DNA of 64,000 bases from Clostridiales bacterium (GTDB lineage Bacteria > Bacillota > Clostridia > Christensenellales > Borkfalkiaceae). Shown here in pieces: positions 1-8,027 of the stretch. The stretch's first letter is position 1. Every line of letters begins with the position of its first letter. The notes under the pieces were generated by a model, which worked only from the letters and a program-made list of their open reading frames with translations, was not told where the DNA came from and ran no database searches. Both the position numbers and the translations under genes were made by a program. Location of the stretch: NCBI GenBank assembly GCA_015069615.1, contig SVIF01000004.1, positions 6,270-70,269 on the forward strand, read 5' to 3'.

Positions 1-125
1 TTTTCCAAAACGGGTTCGATGGATTCCAGCACTTCTTGTACTGCTTGGTGAAATTCTCCTTCACCTGCGTTTCTTTTGATAACTCTATCCATAAGTTCGT
101 TGAGATAGGCGTTTTTGAAGCTCAT
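1..125 (-). CDS. gdhA: NADP-type glutamate dehydrogenase, first 41 codons only (gene runs off the left edge)
   Basis: Minus-strand translation from ATG at 125 gives MSFKNAYLNELMDRVIKRNAGEGEFHQAVQEVLESIEPVLE. This matches the conserved GdhA N-terminus pattern (EF.QAV.EV...P.L). A GAGG RBS lies upstream. Confidence 0.6.
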   Translation of the reverse strand, partial: MSFKNAYLNELMDRVIKRNAGEGEFHQAVQEVLESIEPVLE

Positions 126-270
126 TTGTTTTTACCTCGCAAAAAAATTGAATCGTAGGGAAAAGAAAAAACATTTCCACCCTACGCAAACCATTATAGC
201 ACAGCGTTTTTTTCTTTGTCAACAATATGAAAAAAATTCTACCCCACTTTTTGCGTTTTTTTTAATAAAA

Positions 271-307
271 AACGCCGTTTACGGAGCCTTTTTCCGTAAA
301 CGGCGTT
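271..307 (-). terminator. Rho-independent terminator downstream of lysA (bidirectional hairpin)
   Basis: 15-bp perfect stem aacgccgtttacgga / tccgtaaacggcgtt with a 7-nt loop. A T-run follows on the minus strand. Confidence 0.6.
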
Positions 308-359
308 CGTTTTTCAGTTTTTTAGGGATACGCTCGTCCGTTTTAAGCGGTCTGCTTAA

Positions 360-1667
360 CTATTCGTCCAAACGGAACAAATCTTCCAGTGATTCGCGAC
401 GCACCGCAAGCCGATCCACCCCGTCCCGAATCATTACCACGGGGGGCTTGGGTAAGCGGTTGTAGTTAGACGCCATAGAATAGTTATACGCTCCCGTAGT
501 TAAAACCGCCAAAATATCCCCGCGTTGCATACCGCCGGGAAGGGGTACGTTTTCTTGCAAAATATCCCCGCTTTCACAGCATCTGCCAACCACCGAGTAA
601 ATAGCGTTAAAATCTTCGTTCATTCGGGTTGCGGGAAGAACGGTATATGCCGAACGATAGAGTGCGTAACGGGGGTTATCCGCCATGCCACCGTCTACCG
701 AAACGTAGGTCTTATACCCTTCAATCACCTTGCGCGTTCCCACCGTGTACGCAGTTAAACCCGCGTTTGCCACGATACTTCTACCTGGTTCCATACAAAT
801 AACGGGAAGGGGTAAATGCAGTGCATCACACTTTTCTTTGATTGCGGTAGCCACCGTGTGGATATTTGCCGCGATATCAATGTGGGGGTCGTTTACGGTG
901 TATCTTACGCCGTAGCCACCGCCTAAATCCATAACGCTTGCAGTAAAGCCAAGCTCGTCCCGCATTTGCGCCATAAAGGTAAACATAATTTCCACCGTTT
1001 GCAAATACACTTCGCTATCAAACACTTGCGAACCCACGTGGCAATGGTAACCAACGAATTCCACGTTAGGAAGCGAAAGGGCAATTTCCACTACCTTTTT
1101 CGCCGCACCCGTTTCAATGGGAGAACCGAACTTGGAATCCACCTTGCCCGTTGCAACTTCCGCGTAGGTGTGGGGATCAATGCCTGGGGTAACACGTAAA
1201 AGCGCTTTTTGGCGTACACCAAGTTCGCCCGCAACGCGGTTAATTGCGAACAATTCTTCTTCGTTATCCGCAACGAAATATCCTACCCCGCGGTTTATGG
1301 CGTAGCGCACGTCCGCATCCGTTTTGTTGTTAGAATGGAAAAAAGCGTTTTGCAAGGGATATTCTGCACTGTAAGCGGTGGCAATTTCCCCTGCGGAAAC
1401 CACGTCAATTCCCATACCTTCTTCACGCATAATGCGGTAAAGGGCGCGGAAAGCCGCCGCCTTACTTGCATACAAAGCGCGGCAATTTTCCCCAAATTCT
1501 TCGCGAAGCGCGGTTAGATAGGTGCGGCAATTTTCCCGCACCTTGTTTTCGTCAAACAAATACAAGGGGGTACCGTACTTCTCCGCCATAGCGCGGATGG
1601 GAACACCCGCAAACAGTAGGTCGTTTCCTTCCACGGTTAAATTGTTGCAAATCATTTCTCTAGTCAT
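360..1667 (-). CDS. lysA: Diaminopimelate decarboxylase
   Basis: 435-aa ORF with a typical LysA/Orn-DAP-Arg decarboxylase sequence (GTPLYLFDE, YASKA, HCHVGSQ, GGGYGV, CESGD). Last gene of the dap operon. Confidence 0.9.
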   Translation of the reverse strand: MTREMICNNLTVEGNDLLFAGVPIRAMAEKYGTPLYLFDENKVRENCRTYLTALREEFGENCRALYASKAAAFRALYRIMREEGMGIDVVSAGEIATAYSAEYPLQNAFFHSNNKTDADVRYAINRGVGYFVADNEEELFAINRVAGELGVRQKALLRVTPGIDPHTYAEVATGKVDSKFGSPIETGAAKKVVEIALSLPNVEFVGYHCHVGSQVFDSEVYLQTVEIMFTFMAQMRDELGFTASVMDLGGGYGVRYTVNDPHIDIAANIHTVATAIKEKCDALHLPLPVICMEPGRSIVANAGLTAYTVGTRKVIEGYKTYVSVDGGMADNPRYALYRSAYTVLPATRMNEDFNAIYSVVGRCCESGDILQENVPLPGGMQRGDILAVLTTGAYNYSMASNYNRLPKPPVVMIRDGVDRLAVRRESLEDLFRLDE

Positions 1668-1709
1668 AGTTTTTCCTTGCGCGTGTACCCTTTCCCCAAA
1701 GGGGAAAAA

Positions 1710-2681
1710 TTACAGCAAATGCGCCAAAAGTTCTTGTTTAGATAGGGGGGAAAGGTCTGCGGGGGAAATATCCAACACCGTTTTACAACCGTAATCCCCT
1801 TTTTTATTGAGTTTATGCACCGCGCGGGCGTAAGCCACTAACACGCTAGCGGTAAATTCGGGGTTGCTATCTAGTTTTAAGGAATATTCAATTACTTGTT
1901 TGTGTTCCCCGCATTTCCCCGTTTCGCCCGAACGAATTACGCTACCGCCGTGGGGCAATTCCGCATGGTTTTTCTTTAATTCTTCAACGGATACGAAATT
2001 AACTACCGTATCGTAATCCGCAAAGTAGTTAGGCATGGTTTTAATGGCGGTTTCTACCGTGGTTTTATCCACCCCTTCGGCTACCGCAACGTAGCATTCG
2101 CGCAAGTGCTTTTGGCGGGTGGTAAGGGTGGGGTTTTCCCCCTTTCTAACGCTTTCCACCGCTTCGGTTTTGGGAACGGTGTATTGGCGCGCGTCCAAAA
2201 CGCCGGGGATACGGCGAATGGCATCCGAATGCCCTTGACTTACCCCTCTGCCCCAAAACGTGTAGTCCTGCCCTTGGGGAAGAACCGCGCCCGCGTAAGT
2301 ACGTGCGATGGAGAACATACCGGGATCCCAACCGCAAGAAATTAACGCGGTGGTTTGTGCCTTGGTTGCCACTTCGTCCACTTTTGCAAAGTGGGTGGGG
2401 ATATTCGCGTGCGTATCAAAACTATCTACCACGCAAAAATCCTTGGCTAAAGCGGGGGTGGTTACGGGTAAATCGGTTGCGCTGCCGCCACACAAAATAA
2501 CCACGTCGATTTCCCCTTTCATATCGTAGATACGTTCTGCAGAGTAAACGGGTGCGCCGTAGCTTACCACCGTTTCGGGATTTCTACGGGTAAAAATACC
2601 CGTTACGGTTACCCCGTGATTACGGCACGCAAGTTCTACGCCCCTACCTAAATTCCCATATCCGTAAATTGCAATTTTCAT
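1710..2681 (-). CDS. ddh: meso-Diaminopimelate D-dehydrogenase
   Basis: 323 aa. Colinear with Corynebacterium Ddh (IYGYGNLGR, CGGSATD, GWDPGMFS, FWGxGVSQGHSDAIRRIPGV, PHGG, NPEFTAS). Confidence 0.85.
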   Translation of the reverse strand: MKIAIYGYGNLGRGVELACRNHGVTVTGIFTRRNPETVVSYGAPVYSAERIYDMKGEIDVVILCGGSATDLPVTTPALAKDFCVVDSFDTHANIPTHFAKVDEVATKAQTTALISCGWDPGMFSIARTYAGAVLPQGQDYTFWGRGVSQGHSDAIRRIPGVLDARQYTVPKTEAVESVRKGENPTLTTRQKHLRECYVAVAEGVDKTTVETAIKTMPNYFADYDTVVNFVSVEELKKNHAELPHGGSVIRSGETGKCGEHKQVIEYSLKLDSNPEFTASVLVAYARAVHKLNKKGDYGCKTVLDISPADLSPLSKQELLAHLL

Positions 2682-2728
2682 AAATTTTCGTCCTTAAAAA
2701 TACTTACTTCCGCTGCTAGCGGAAAAGA

Positions 2729-3478
2729 TTAGTTTTCCTTAACGATATCCGCCATGGTATATAACCCTGCGGGTTTCCCTTCTAAGAAGGAAAGGGCGGA
2801 TAAGGCGCCTTCCGCAAACAGGGCGCGGGTGAACGCTTCGTGCTTTAAGGTAATGGTTTGCGTTTGGGTGGAAACCATCACTTCGTGAACGCCCACGATA
2901 TTGCCCATTCTTACCGCGTGTACGCCGATTTCTTCGGGGGTGCGCTTGCCGTTACCGCTTCTGCCTACGTTTGCGTACGCTTGGGGGCGCACTTCCTTAA
3001 TTGCATCCACCAGCATAACGGCGGTGCCACTGGGGGCATCCAACTTTCTATCATGATGCTTTTCTACAATTTCAATTTCCGCATCGGGGAATGCCTTTGC
3101 GGTTTTTTTAGCAAGTTCCACAAGCACGGCAATGCCCAGCGAATAGTTGTACGAGAAGAATACGGGAATTTCCTTTGCCGCGGCAAAAATCATTTCCTTT
3201 TCTTCGGCAGTTTGCCCCGTGGTTGCTACCACGATAGGCGTTTTGGTAGACACCGCGTAATCCATCATTTCCTTGGTTAAGGAATGGTGGGAAAAATCCA
3301 CGATGCAATCGGGCTTTTCCTTCACTGCGCTAAACGCGGGATAAACGGGAACGGTATCCCCCGCAGCCGCTTGCATATCCACGCCGCAAAGAAGGGTATG
3401 ACCGCCCGTTTGTTTATTCAGAAGGGCAACCACTTCCCTACCCATAAAACCGTGAATACCACTAACTAAAACTTTCAT
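2729..3478 (-). CDS. dapB: 4-hydroxy-tetrahydrodipicolinate reductase
   Basis: 249 aa with an N-terminal Rossmann G.G.MG and the DapB core EKHHxxKxDAPSGTA. Confidence 0.9.
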   Translation of the reverse strand: MKVLVSGIHGFMGREVVALLNKQTGGHTLLCGVDMQAAAGDTVPVYPAFSAVKEKPDCIVDFSHHSLTKEMMDYAVSTKTPIVVATTGQTAEEKEMIFAAAKEIPVFFSYNYSLGIAVLVELAKKTAKAFPDAEIEIVEKHHDRKLDAPSGTAVMLVDAIKEVRPQAYANVGRSGNGKRTPEEIGVHAVRMGNIVGVHEVMVSTQTQTITLKHEAFTRALFAEGALSALSFLEGKPAGLYTMADIVKEN

Positions 3479-3486
3479 AATTCACC

Positions 3487-4371
3487 TTAAATTAAGTTGT
3501 GTTTTTTCATTTCGGCAAGCAATTTTTCTTCGTTTTGCTTTGCCATGGGGGTTAAGGGTAAGCGAAGATAATTTTCACAGAAGCCCATAGCCGCGCAAGC
3601 TGCTTTTACGGGAATGGGGTTCACTTCGCAGAACAGTAGGTCTACCAAGTTTAAGTAGTCAAGTTGCATTTTGCAAGCGCCCGCTACGTCCCCTTCAAAA
3701 TATTTTTTGCACATTAAGGAAGTTTCCTTGGGCATGATGTTGGAAAGAACGGAAATAACGCCCTTACCGCCTAAAGAAAGTACGGGAACGATTTGATCGT
3801 CGTTGCCCGAGTAAATATCAATTTCATCACCGCAAAGGGCAGCCACTTTTGCAATTTGAGAAATGTTACCGCTGGCTTCCTTTACCGCAACGATATTGGG
3901 GTGTTTTGCAAGGCGAGCAAGCGTTTCGGGAAGTAAATTGCAACCCGTTCTACTTGGAACGTTATACAAAATGCAAGGCTTAGTGCTTGCGTTTGCAATT
4001 GCGGTGAAAGATTGATACAATCCTTCTTGCGTAGCCTTATTGTAATAAGGGGTAACGAGGAGCATTGCGTCCGCGCCAACCTTACAAGCGTATTCGGTAA
4101 GTTCAATCGCGTAAGCGATATCGTTAGAGCCCGTTCCTGCAATCACGGGAACCCTACCCGCAACCTTTTCTACACAAAAGCGGATGGCTTCCTTATGTTC
4201 CGCATCCGTAAGGGTACTGCCTTCCCCCGTGGTGCCAACGGCAACGATTGCGTCAATCCCTTCTTTAATTTGCCATTCAATTAAAGCGCCGAACTTTTCG
4301 TAATCCACGCCGCGTTCGTTTAAAGGGGTGATGATCGCGGTTGCCGCGCCTGTAAATACCGTGTTTTTCAT
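3487..4371 (-). CDS. dapA: 4-hydroxy-tetrahydrodipicolinate synthase
   Basis: DapA sequence from MKNTVFTGAATAIITP. ATG at 4371 is preceded by a GGAGGT RBS. The longer ORF-track start (4527) reads through the riboswitch and is rejected. Confidence 0.9.
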   Translation of the reverse strand: MKNTVFTGAATAIITPLNERGVDYEKFGALIEWQIKEGIDAIVAVGTTGEGSTLTDAEHKEAIRFCVEKVAGRVPVIAGTGSNDIAYAIELTEYACKVGADAMLLVTPYYNKATQEGLYQSFTAIANASTKPCILYNVPSRTGCNLLPETLARLAKHPNIVAVKEASGNISQIAKVAALCGDEIDIYSGNDDQIVPVLSLGGKGVISVLSNIMPKETSLMCKKYFEGDVAGACKMQLDYLNLVDLLFCEVNPIPVKAACAAMGFCENYLRLPLTPMAKQNEEKLLAEMKKHNLI

Positions 4372-4390
4372 TGTGTTTCTACCTCCGAAG

Positions 4391-4622
4391 AAAAATAAAA
4401 ATAAGAGATAGCCTTGCCTTTTCGGTTTGCCATCTCTTCTTCTACGTCTTATGATGAGTAAAAGGGATAGCTCTCCGCCCGGAAGGCGACAACAACACGG
4501 ATATTTTCCGTATTGCCAGCAAAGCATTTGCCAAATGCTTCACTTCGGCACCCGTCCCTTACATAGCGCGGCTTTGGCAGCCGTTACGCGCTGTGCTAAT
4601 AACAAGGTGCGCCTCTATCATT
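4391..4622 (-). promoter_or_regulatory. Lysine riboswitch (L-box) with intrinsic terminator, leader of dapA-dapB-ddh-lysA
   Basis: The minus-strand RNA carries GAUAGAGGCGC, GGGACGGGUGCCGAAGUG, CUGG, GUCGCCUUCCGGGCGGAGAGCUAUC (L-box core blocks). A 10-bp hairpin AAGAGAUGGC/GCUAUCUCUU and AUUUUUAUUUUU follow, just before the dapA RBS. Confidence 0.75.
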
Positions 4623-4632
4623 CTTTTTTATT

Positions 4633-4661
4633 ATATTAGCATATTCTTTTTTGCGTGTCAA
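4633..4661 (-). promoter_or_regulatory. SigmaA-type promoter of the L-box/dap operon
   Basis: Minus strand TTGACA-17 nt-TAATAT, ending about 10 nt upstream of the riboswitch P1. Confidence 0.5.
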
Positions 4662-4717
4662 CGCTTTTTTGCGAATTTTTCGTTTTTTTCCGAAAAAGGC
4701 TTTCTTTTTAGGAAAAT

Positions 4718-5533
4718 ATGCGGTATAATGAAAATATGAAAAACGTATGCATCGTTGAACAACTGTATCAAAAAAGCACGCAAGAATACACTTCGCCCAC
4801 GCACACGCACGACGGGTACGAATTGTTTTTCGTTACGCGGGGCAGTGCCACCCTTTCGGTTCGGGATAAACATTACACCGTAAACGAAGGGGACGTGGTG
4901 TTTATTTCGGGGAACGAAGAACACCGCTTGCACTCTAAATCCGAACGGTACGAACGCGTGATAATTTTGCTGAACGCGGAAAAAGCAGACACTTTGCTGA
5001 ACGCAAAGGAATTAGTTTCCCTTTTAAAATTCCGTCCCGCCGAATTTTTACACGTTAGAAAATTAAATTCCATGCAAACGGCAACCGCATTGATTGATAA
5101 AATTCAAAAGGAATTAACTATGCACGCGCCCTTGTACGAATACGCGGTGAACGCCCTACTGGAACAACTTTTAATTTTACTGTTTCGCGAGGACGAGGCG
5201 ACCACGCTTTCCACCCCCGCGCGCTTTGCGGAAATTCGTAAGTTTTTGGAAGAAAACTACGCACTTCCCATGACGCTTGAAGATATTGCACAACGCTTTC
5301 ATTTAAGTAAGTATTATTTGGCGCACGCGTTTAAGGAAGAATGTGGAATTTCCCCCATGCAGTATTTAACAGCGTTAAGGCTATCACACGCTAAGCGTTT
5401 GCTTGCCGAAACCTCTCTTCGCATTAGCGAAATTGCCACCCGCGTTGGCTTTGCCGAACTAAACCGCTTTTGCCGCTTATTTCGGCAAAAAACGGGCGTA
5501 ACCCCCAAGGAATACCGCAGGGAGAAGAAATAA
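4718..5533 (+). CDS. AraC-family transcriptional regulator (cupin sensor domain plus AraC HTH)
   Basis: 271 aa. The N-terminal cupin region is THTHDGYELFFVTRG..HRLH. The C-terminus has the AraC HTH signature (FHLSKYYLAHAFKEECGISPMQYL..R...AKRLL). The start could also be 4736. Confidence 0.8.
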   Translation: MRYNENMKNVCIVEQLYQKSTQEYTSPTHTHDGYELFFVTRGSATLSVRDKHYTVNEGDVVFISGNEEHRLHSKSERYERVIILLNAEKADTLLNAKELVSLLKFRPAEFLHVRKLNSMQTATALIDKIQKELTMHAPLYEYAVNALLEQLLILLFREDEATTLSTPARFAEIRKFLEENYALPMTLEDIAQRFHLSKYYLAHAFKEECGISPMQYLTALRLSHAKRLLAETSLRISEIATRVGFAELNRFCRLFRQKTGVTPKEYRREKK

Positions 5534-5548
5534 ATTGACTTTTAAAAC

Positions 5549-5581
5549 ACCGCCCCGATTGCAAAACGCAATCGGGGCGGT
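5549..5581. terminator. Bidirectional terminator between the convergent araC-like and PHP genes
   Basis: 14-bp stem accgccccgattgc / gcaatcggggcggt with a 5-nt loop. Confidence 0.6.
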
Positions 5582-5610
5582 ATTCGTTGATGATCGTTAT
5601 TTTCAGTTAT

Positions 5611-6639
5611 TTACTGCAATTCGTCGTAGAAGTAGGCACGGGTGTAGGCGCAAGCCCCCGAAGCGTCCTTTACGGTGATGCGAATATAGGGCTTGTGGTC
5701 GGTTTTAGCAAGAATTTCTTCGTTTTGGTGGAAAAATCCTTTTAACCCGAAGGTGGCTTCGGTTAAGGGACCTTGGGTTGCCTTTTTCACCCCGGCGTAT
5801 CTTCTATCCGTGGTAAGCATAATTTCCGCTGCGGGGGAGCAAGAAATATGCACTTCCCCATCTTCAATATATAAATCGTAAATTTCGGGCCCGGTGGAAG
5901 CGTATAAATCCCCCTTCTTCATTGCGTCAAACACGGTGGGATAGCTTAATTCCTTCGCCTTAATCATAGTAAAACCACCGAAGCAATCCTTAAAGGAATG
6001 CGCGTCGTCCGTAGCGAGTGGCACTACGCGTTTGCCTTGGCGCAGTAAATCATCTAAAGGTACGGTAGTATCCGGATAGCCCGCGATGGCACAACCCGTG
6101 TTGTGTACTTCCACACCCCAAACGCCTTCAAGCCCCGCGTATTCGGGATAATTTTGCAAAGACCAAACGGGGTGGTTGTAACTTACTAAAAAGCCCGCTT
6201 CGTTGCCCAAGCGAATCATATGGTTGATATGATCCACGCCGTAGTACATTTTATAATCCGTTTTGCGCATTTCGTCCGTTACGTACTGCTTAGAGTGTTC
6301 AATCCAAAAACGGGGTTCGGAGAACACGGGGGAAGTGGTGCGGTTAGGTTCGGGCGAATAGAAGTTGATATGCACGGCGGTTACGTCCGAAAAATCGTTG
6401 ACGCGCGTTTGACGGTTACAAGCGTATTCTACCGAAGTAATGGCAAGGAATTTATCGTCCGTTAAATCTTCGTGCGGAAGCATAACTTCGTGATCGGTAA
6501 ACGCCACGATGGAATATCCGCGTTTTTGGTATTCTTCCTTGGTTTCGGCAAGCGTCATTTTCCCATCCGAAACGGTGGTGTGCATATGTAAATTTGCTTT
6601 ATAGAACTGCCCTTCCTTGGGCAAAAGGTATTTTTTCAT
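5611..6639 (-). CDS. PHP-domain (polymerase/histidinol-phosphatase-like) metal-dependent phosphoesterase, paralog 1
   Basis: 342 aa with an N-terminal ANLHMHTTVSDG and FTDHE PHP metal-binding motifs. About half of its residues are identical to the upstream paralog. Confidence 0.7.
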   Translation of the reverse strand: MKKYLLPKEGQFYKANLHMHTTVSDGKMTLAETKEEYQKRGYSIVAFTDHEVMLPHEDLTDDKFLAITSVEYACNRQTRVNDFSDVTAVHINFYSPEPNRTTSPVFSEPRFWIEHSKQYVTDEMRKTDYKMYYGVDHINHMIRLGNEAGFLVSYNHPVWSLQNYPEYAGLEGVWGVEVHNTGCAIAGYPDTTVPLDDLLRQGKRVVPLATDDAHSFKDCFGGFTMIKAKELSYPTVFDAMKKGDLYASTGPEIYDLYIEDGEVHISCSPAAEIMLTTDRRYAGVKKATQGPLTEATFGLKGFFHQNEEILAKTDHKPYIRITVKDASGACAYTRAYFYDELQ

Positions 6640-7676
6640 TATTCTTCATCCCCCACAAGTTCATCGTAGAAATACGCCCTAGTGTAGGCGGCCTTGCCTG
6701 CTTGGTCCTTTACCGTAATGCGGAAGTAGCTGTTTCTGTTCAATTTTTCCTTGGCTTCCTTTGCAATTCTAAACCAAGTGGAAATATCCATATTGATTTC
6801 GGTGCGAAGATCGGGCATGGCAAAATGGTTGTGCGTCCAACGGTTTTCCGCCGTCAGATTTACTTGCTGCGCGGGTGAGCAAGAAATATGCAAAACGGTG
6901 CCTTCCAGCCACAGTTCGTAAATTCTGGGCCCCGTGGTTGCGTAGAAATCCCCCTTTTCCAAAGCTTGGATTACCGTGGGATAGGTTAGTTCTTTTGCTT
7001 TTACCATAAGAAAACCGCCGCAGCAATCGCGCAACGTGTGCGCGTCGTCCGTTGCCAAGGGGAAAGGCTTTTTACCTTGGCGAAGAAGGTCTTCCCAAGG
7101 AATGATCGTTTCGTCCCTACCCGTAATAAAGCAACCCGAATTGAATACTTCTACCCCCCAAACGTTTTCCAAATCTCCGTAGTCCTTATACGTTTGCATG
7201 GACCACACGGGGTGATTATAGCTTGCGAAAAAGCCACAGTCATCCGCAAAGCGAATGGCCTTGTTAATATCCTCCTGCCCGTAAGAAATGCGATAATCGT
7301 ATTTTAGCATTTCGGGGGTAATGGAGCCACGGATGCTTTGCCCCACCCTTTTTTCCGAAAATAAGGGAAATTCGGTAATATCCGCAGATCTTGCATAGAA
7401 GTTTAAATGGTAGGTTTTTTGGGAAGCAAATTCCACATCGGGGATATCTTCGCTAACCGCCACTTCTACGCCCGCAAGCGCAAGGAATTTATCGTCCGTT
7501 AAATCGTGATGGGGAACGAACACGTCGTGATCGGTAAACGCCACGATAGAATATCCGTGATCTTGATACACCTTTTTAATTTCGGCGGGCGTCATTTGCC
7601 CATCCGAAACGGTGGTGTGCGTGTGCATATTTGCTTTGTAAAACTGCCCTTCCTTGGGTAAAAGATATTTGCGCAT
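6639..7676 (-). CDS. PHP-domain metal-dependent phosphoesterase, paralog 2
   Basis: 345 aa with ANMHTHTTVSDG and FTDHD motifs. Its stop overlaps the start of paralog 1 (TAATG). Confidence 0.7.
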   Translation of the reverse strand: MRKYLLPKEGQFYKANMHTHTTVSDGQMTPAEIKKVYQDHGYSIVAFTDHDVFVPHHDLTDDKFLALAGVEVAVSEDIPDVEFASQKTYHLNFYARSADITEFPLFSEKRVGQSIRGSITPEMLKYDYRISYGQEDINKAIRFADDCGFFASYNHPVWSMQTYKDYGDLENVWGVEVFNSGCFITGRDETIIPWEDLLRQGKKPFPLATDDAHTLRDCCGGFLMVKAKELTYPTVIQALEKGDFYATTGPRIYELWLEGTVLHISCSPAQQVNLTAENRWTHNHFAMPDLRTEINMDISTWFRIAKEAKEKLNRNSYFRITVKDQAGKAAYTRAYFYDELVGDEE

Positions 7677-7705
7677 AAGAACGCTCCTTTTTTATGATAT
7701 GTGAT

Positions 7706-7734
7706 ATTATACAACGAAAAAAAACTATTTTCAA
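7706..7734 (-). promoter_or_regulatory. SigmaA-type promoter of the PHP gene pair
   Basis: Minus strand TTGAAA-17 nt-TATAAT. The -35 sits inside an 8-bp inverted repeat, AAACTATT ttc AATAGTTT (7722-7740), which is a possible operator. Confidence 0.55.
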
Positions 7735-7750
7735 TAGTTTTATAAAAAAA

Positions 7751-7771
7751 TCCGCAGATTTTTTCTGCGGA
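7751..7771 (-). terminator. Terminator at the end of the pilus locus (bidirectional)
   Basis: 8-bp stem tccgcaga / tctgcgga with a ttttt loop. T-runs flank it on both strands. Confidence 0.6.
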
Positions 7772-7794
7772 TTTTCTGTTTGAATTAAAATGAA

Positions 7795-7835
7795 TTTTTC
7801 CGTTTTGCCCTTAAAAAAGCAACTGAGCGAAAGAG
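7795..7835. repeat. 41-nt direct repeat, copy 1
   Basis: tttttccgttttgcccttaaaaaagcaactgagcgaaagag is identical to 7976-8016. It also pairs imperfectly with an inverted partner at about 7852-7910. Confidence 0.85.
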
Positions 7836-7975
7836 TTTTTTCGCTTTTCAGCTTTGCGAAAGAGCGCAGTTGCTTTAGAGCCGTGATTTTAAGGAGAAAA
7901 ACGGGGAAAAGGTCGCGTAGAGGGTAAGGGCGCATACCCGAAAGCGTATGAAACCGAAACCCTATACGATGAAAT

Positions 7976-8016
7976 TTTTTCCGTTTTGCCCTTAAAAAAG
8001 CAACTGAGCGAAAGAG
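7976..8016. repeat. 41-nt direct repeat, copy 2 (starts 12 nt downstream of the pilB stop)
   Basis: Exact 41-nt identity with 7795-7835. Confidence 0.85.
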
Positions 8017-8027
8017 CAAAGCAAAAC

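Noticed and set aside
115-465. 116-aa plus-strand ORF in the gdhA-lysA spacer.
   Set aside because: It overlaps the lysA 3' end and the terminator hairpin. It is low-complexity with no RBS.
3487-4527. The 346-aa version of the dapA ORF, with a Cys/Arg-rich N-terminal extension.
   Set aside because: The extension is translation through the lysine riboswitch and its terminator. The conserved DapA sequence and RBS begin at 4371.
7795-8016. Possible CRISPR array, because of identical 41-nt repeats.
   Set aside because: There are only two copies, 140 nt apart. The unique segment between them is itself partly an inverted copy of the repeat. No cas genes are present and no regular spacing is seen.
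7576-8019. 147-aa minus-strand ORF spanning the pilB-PHP spacer.
   Set aside because: It overlaps the PHP paralog 2 start and runs through the terminator and the 41-nt repeats. It has no RBS and a repeat-derived composition.
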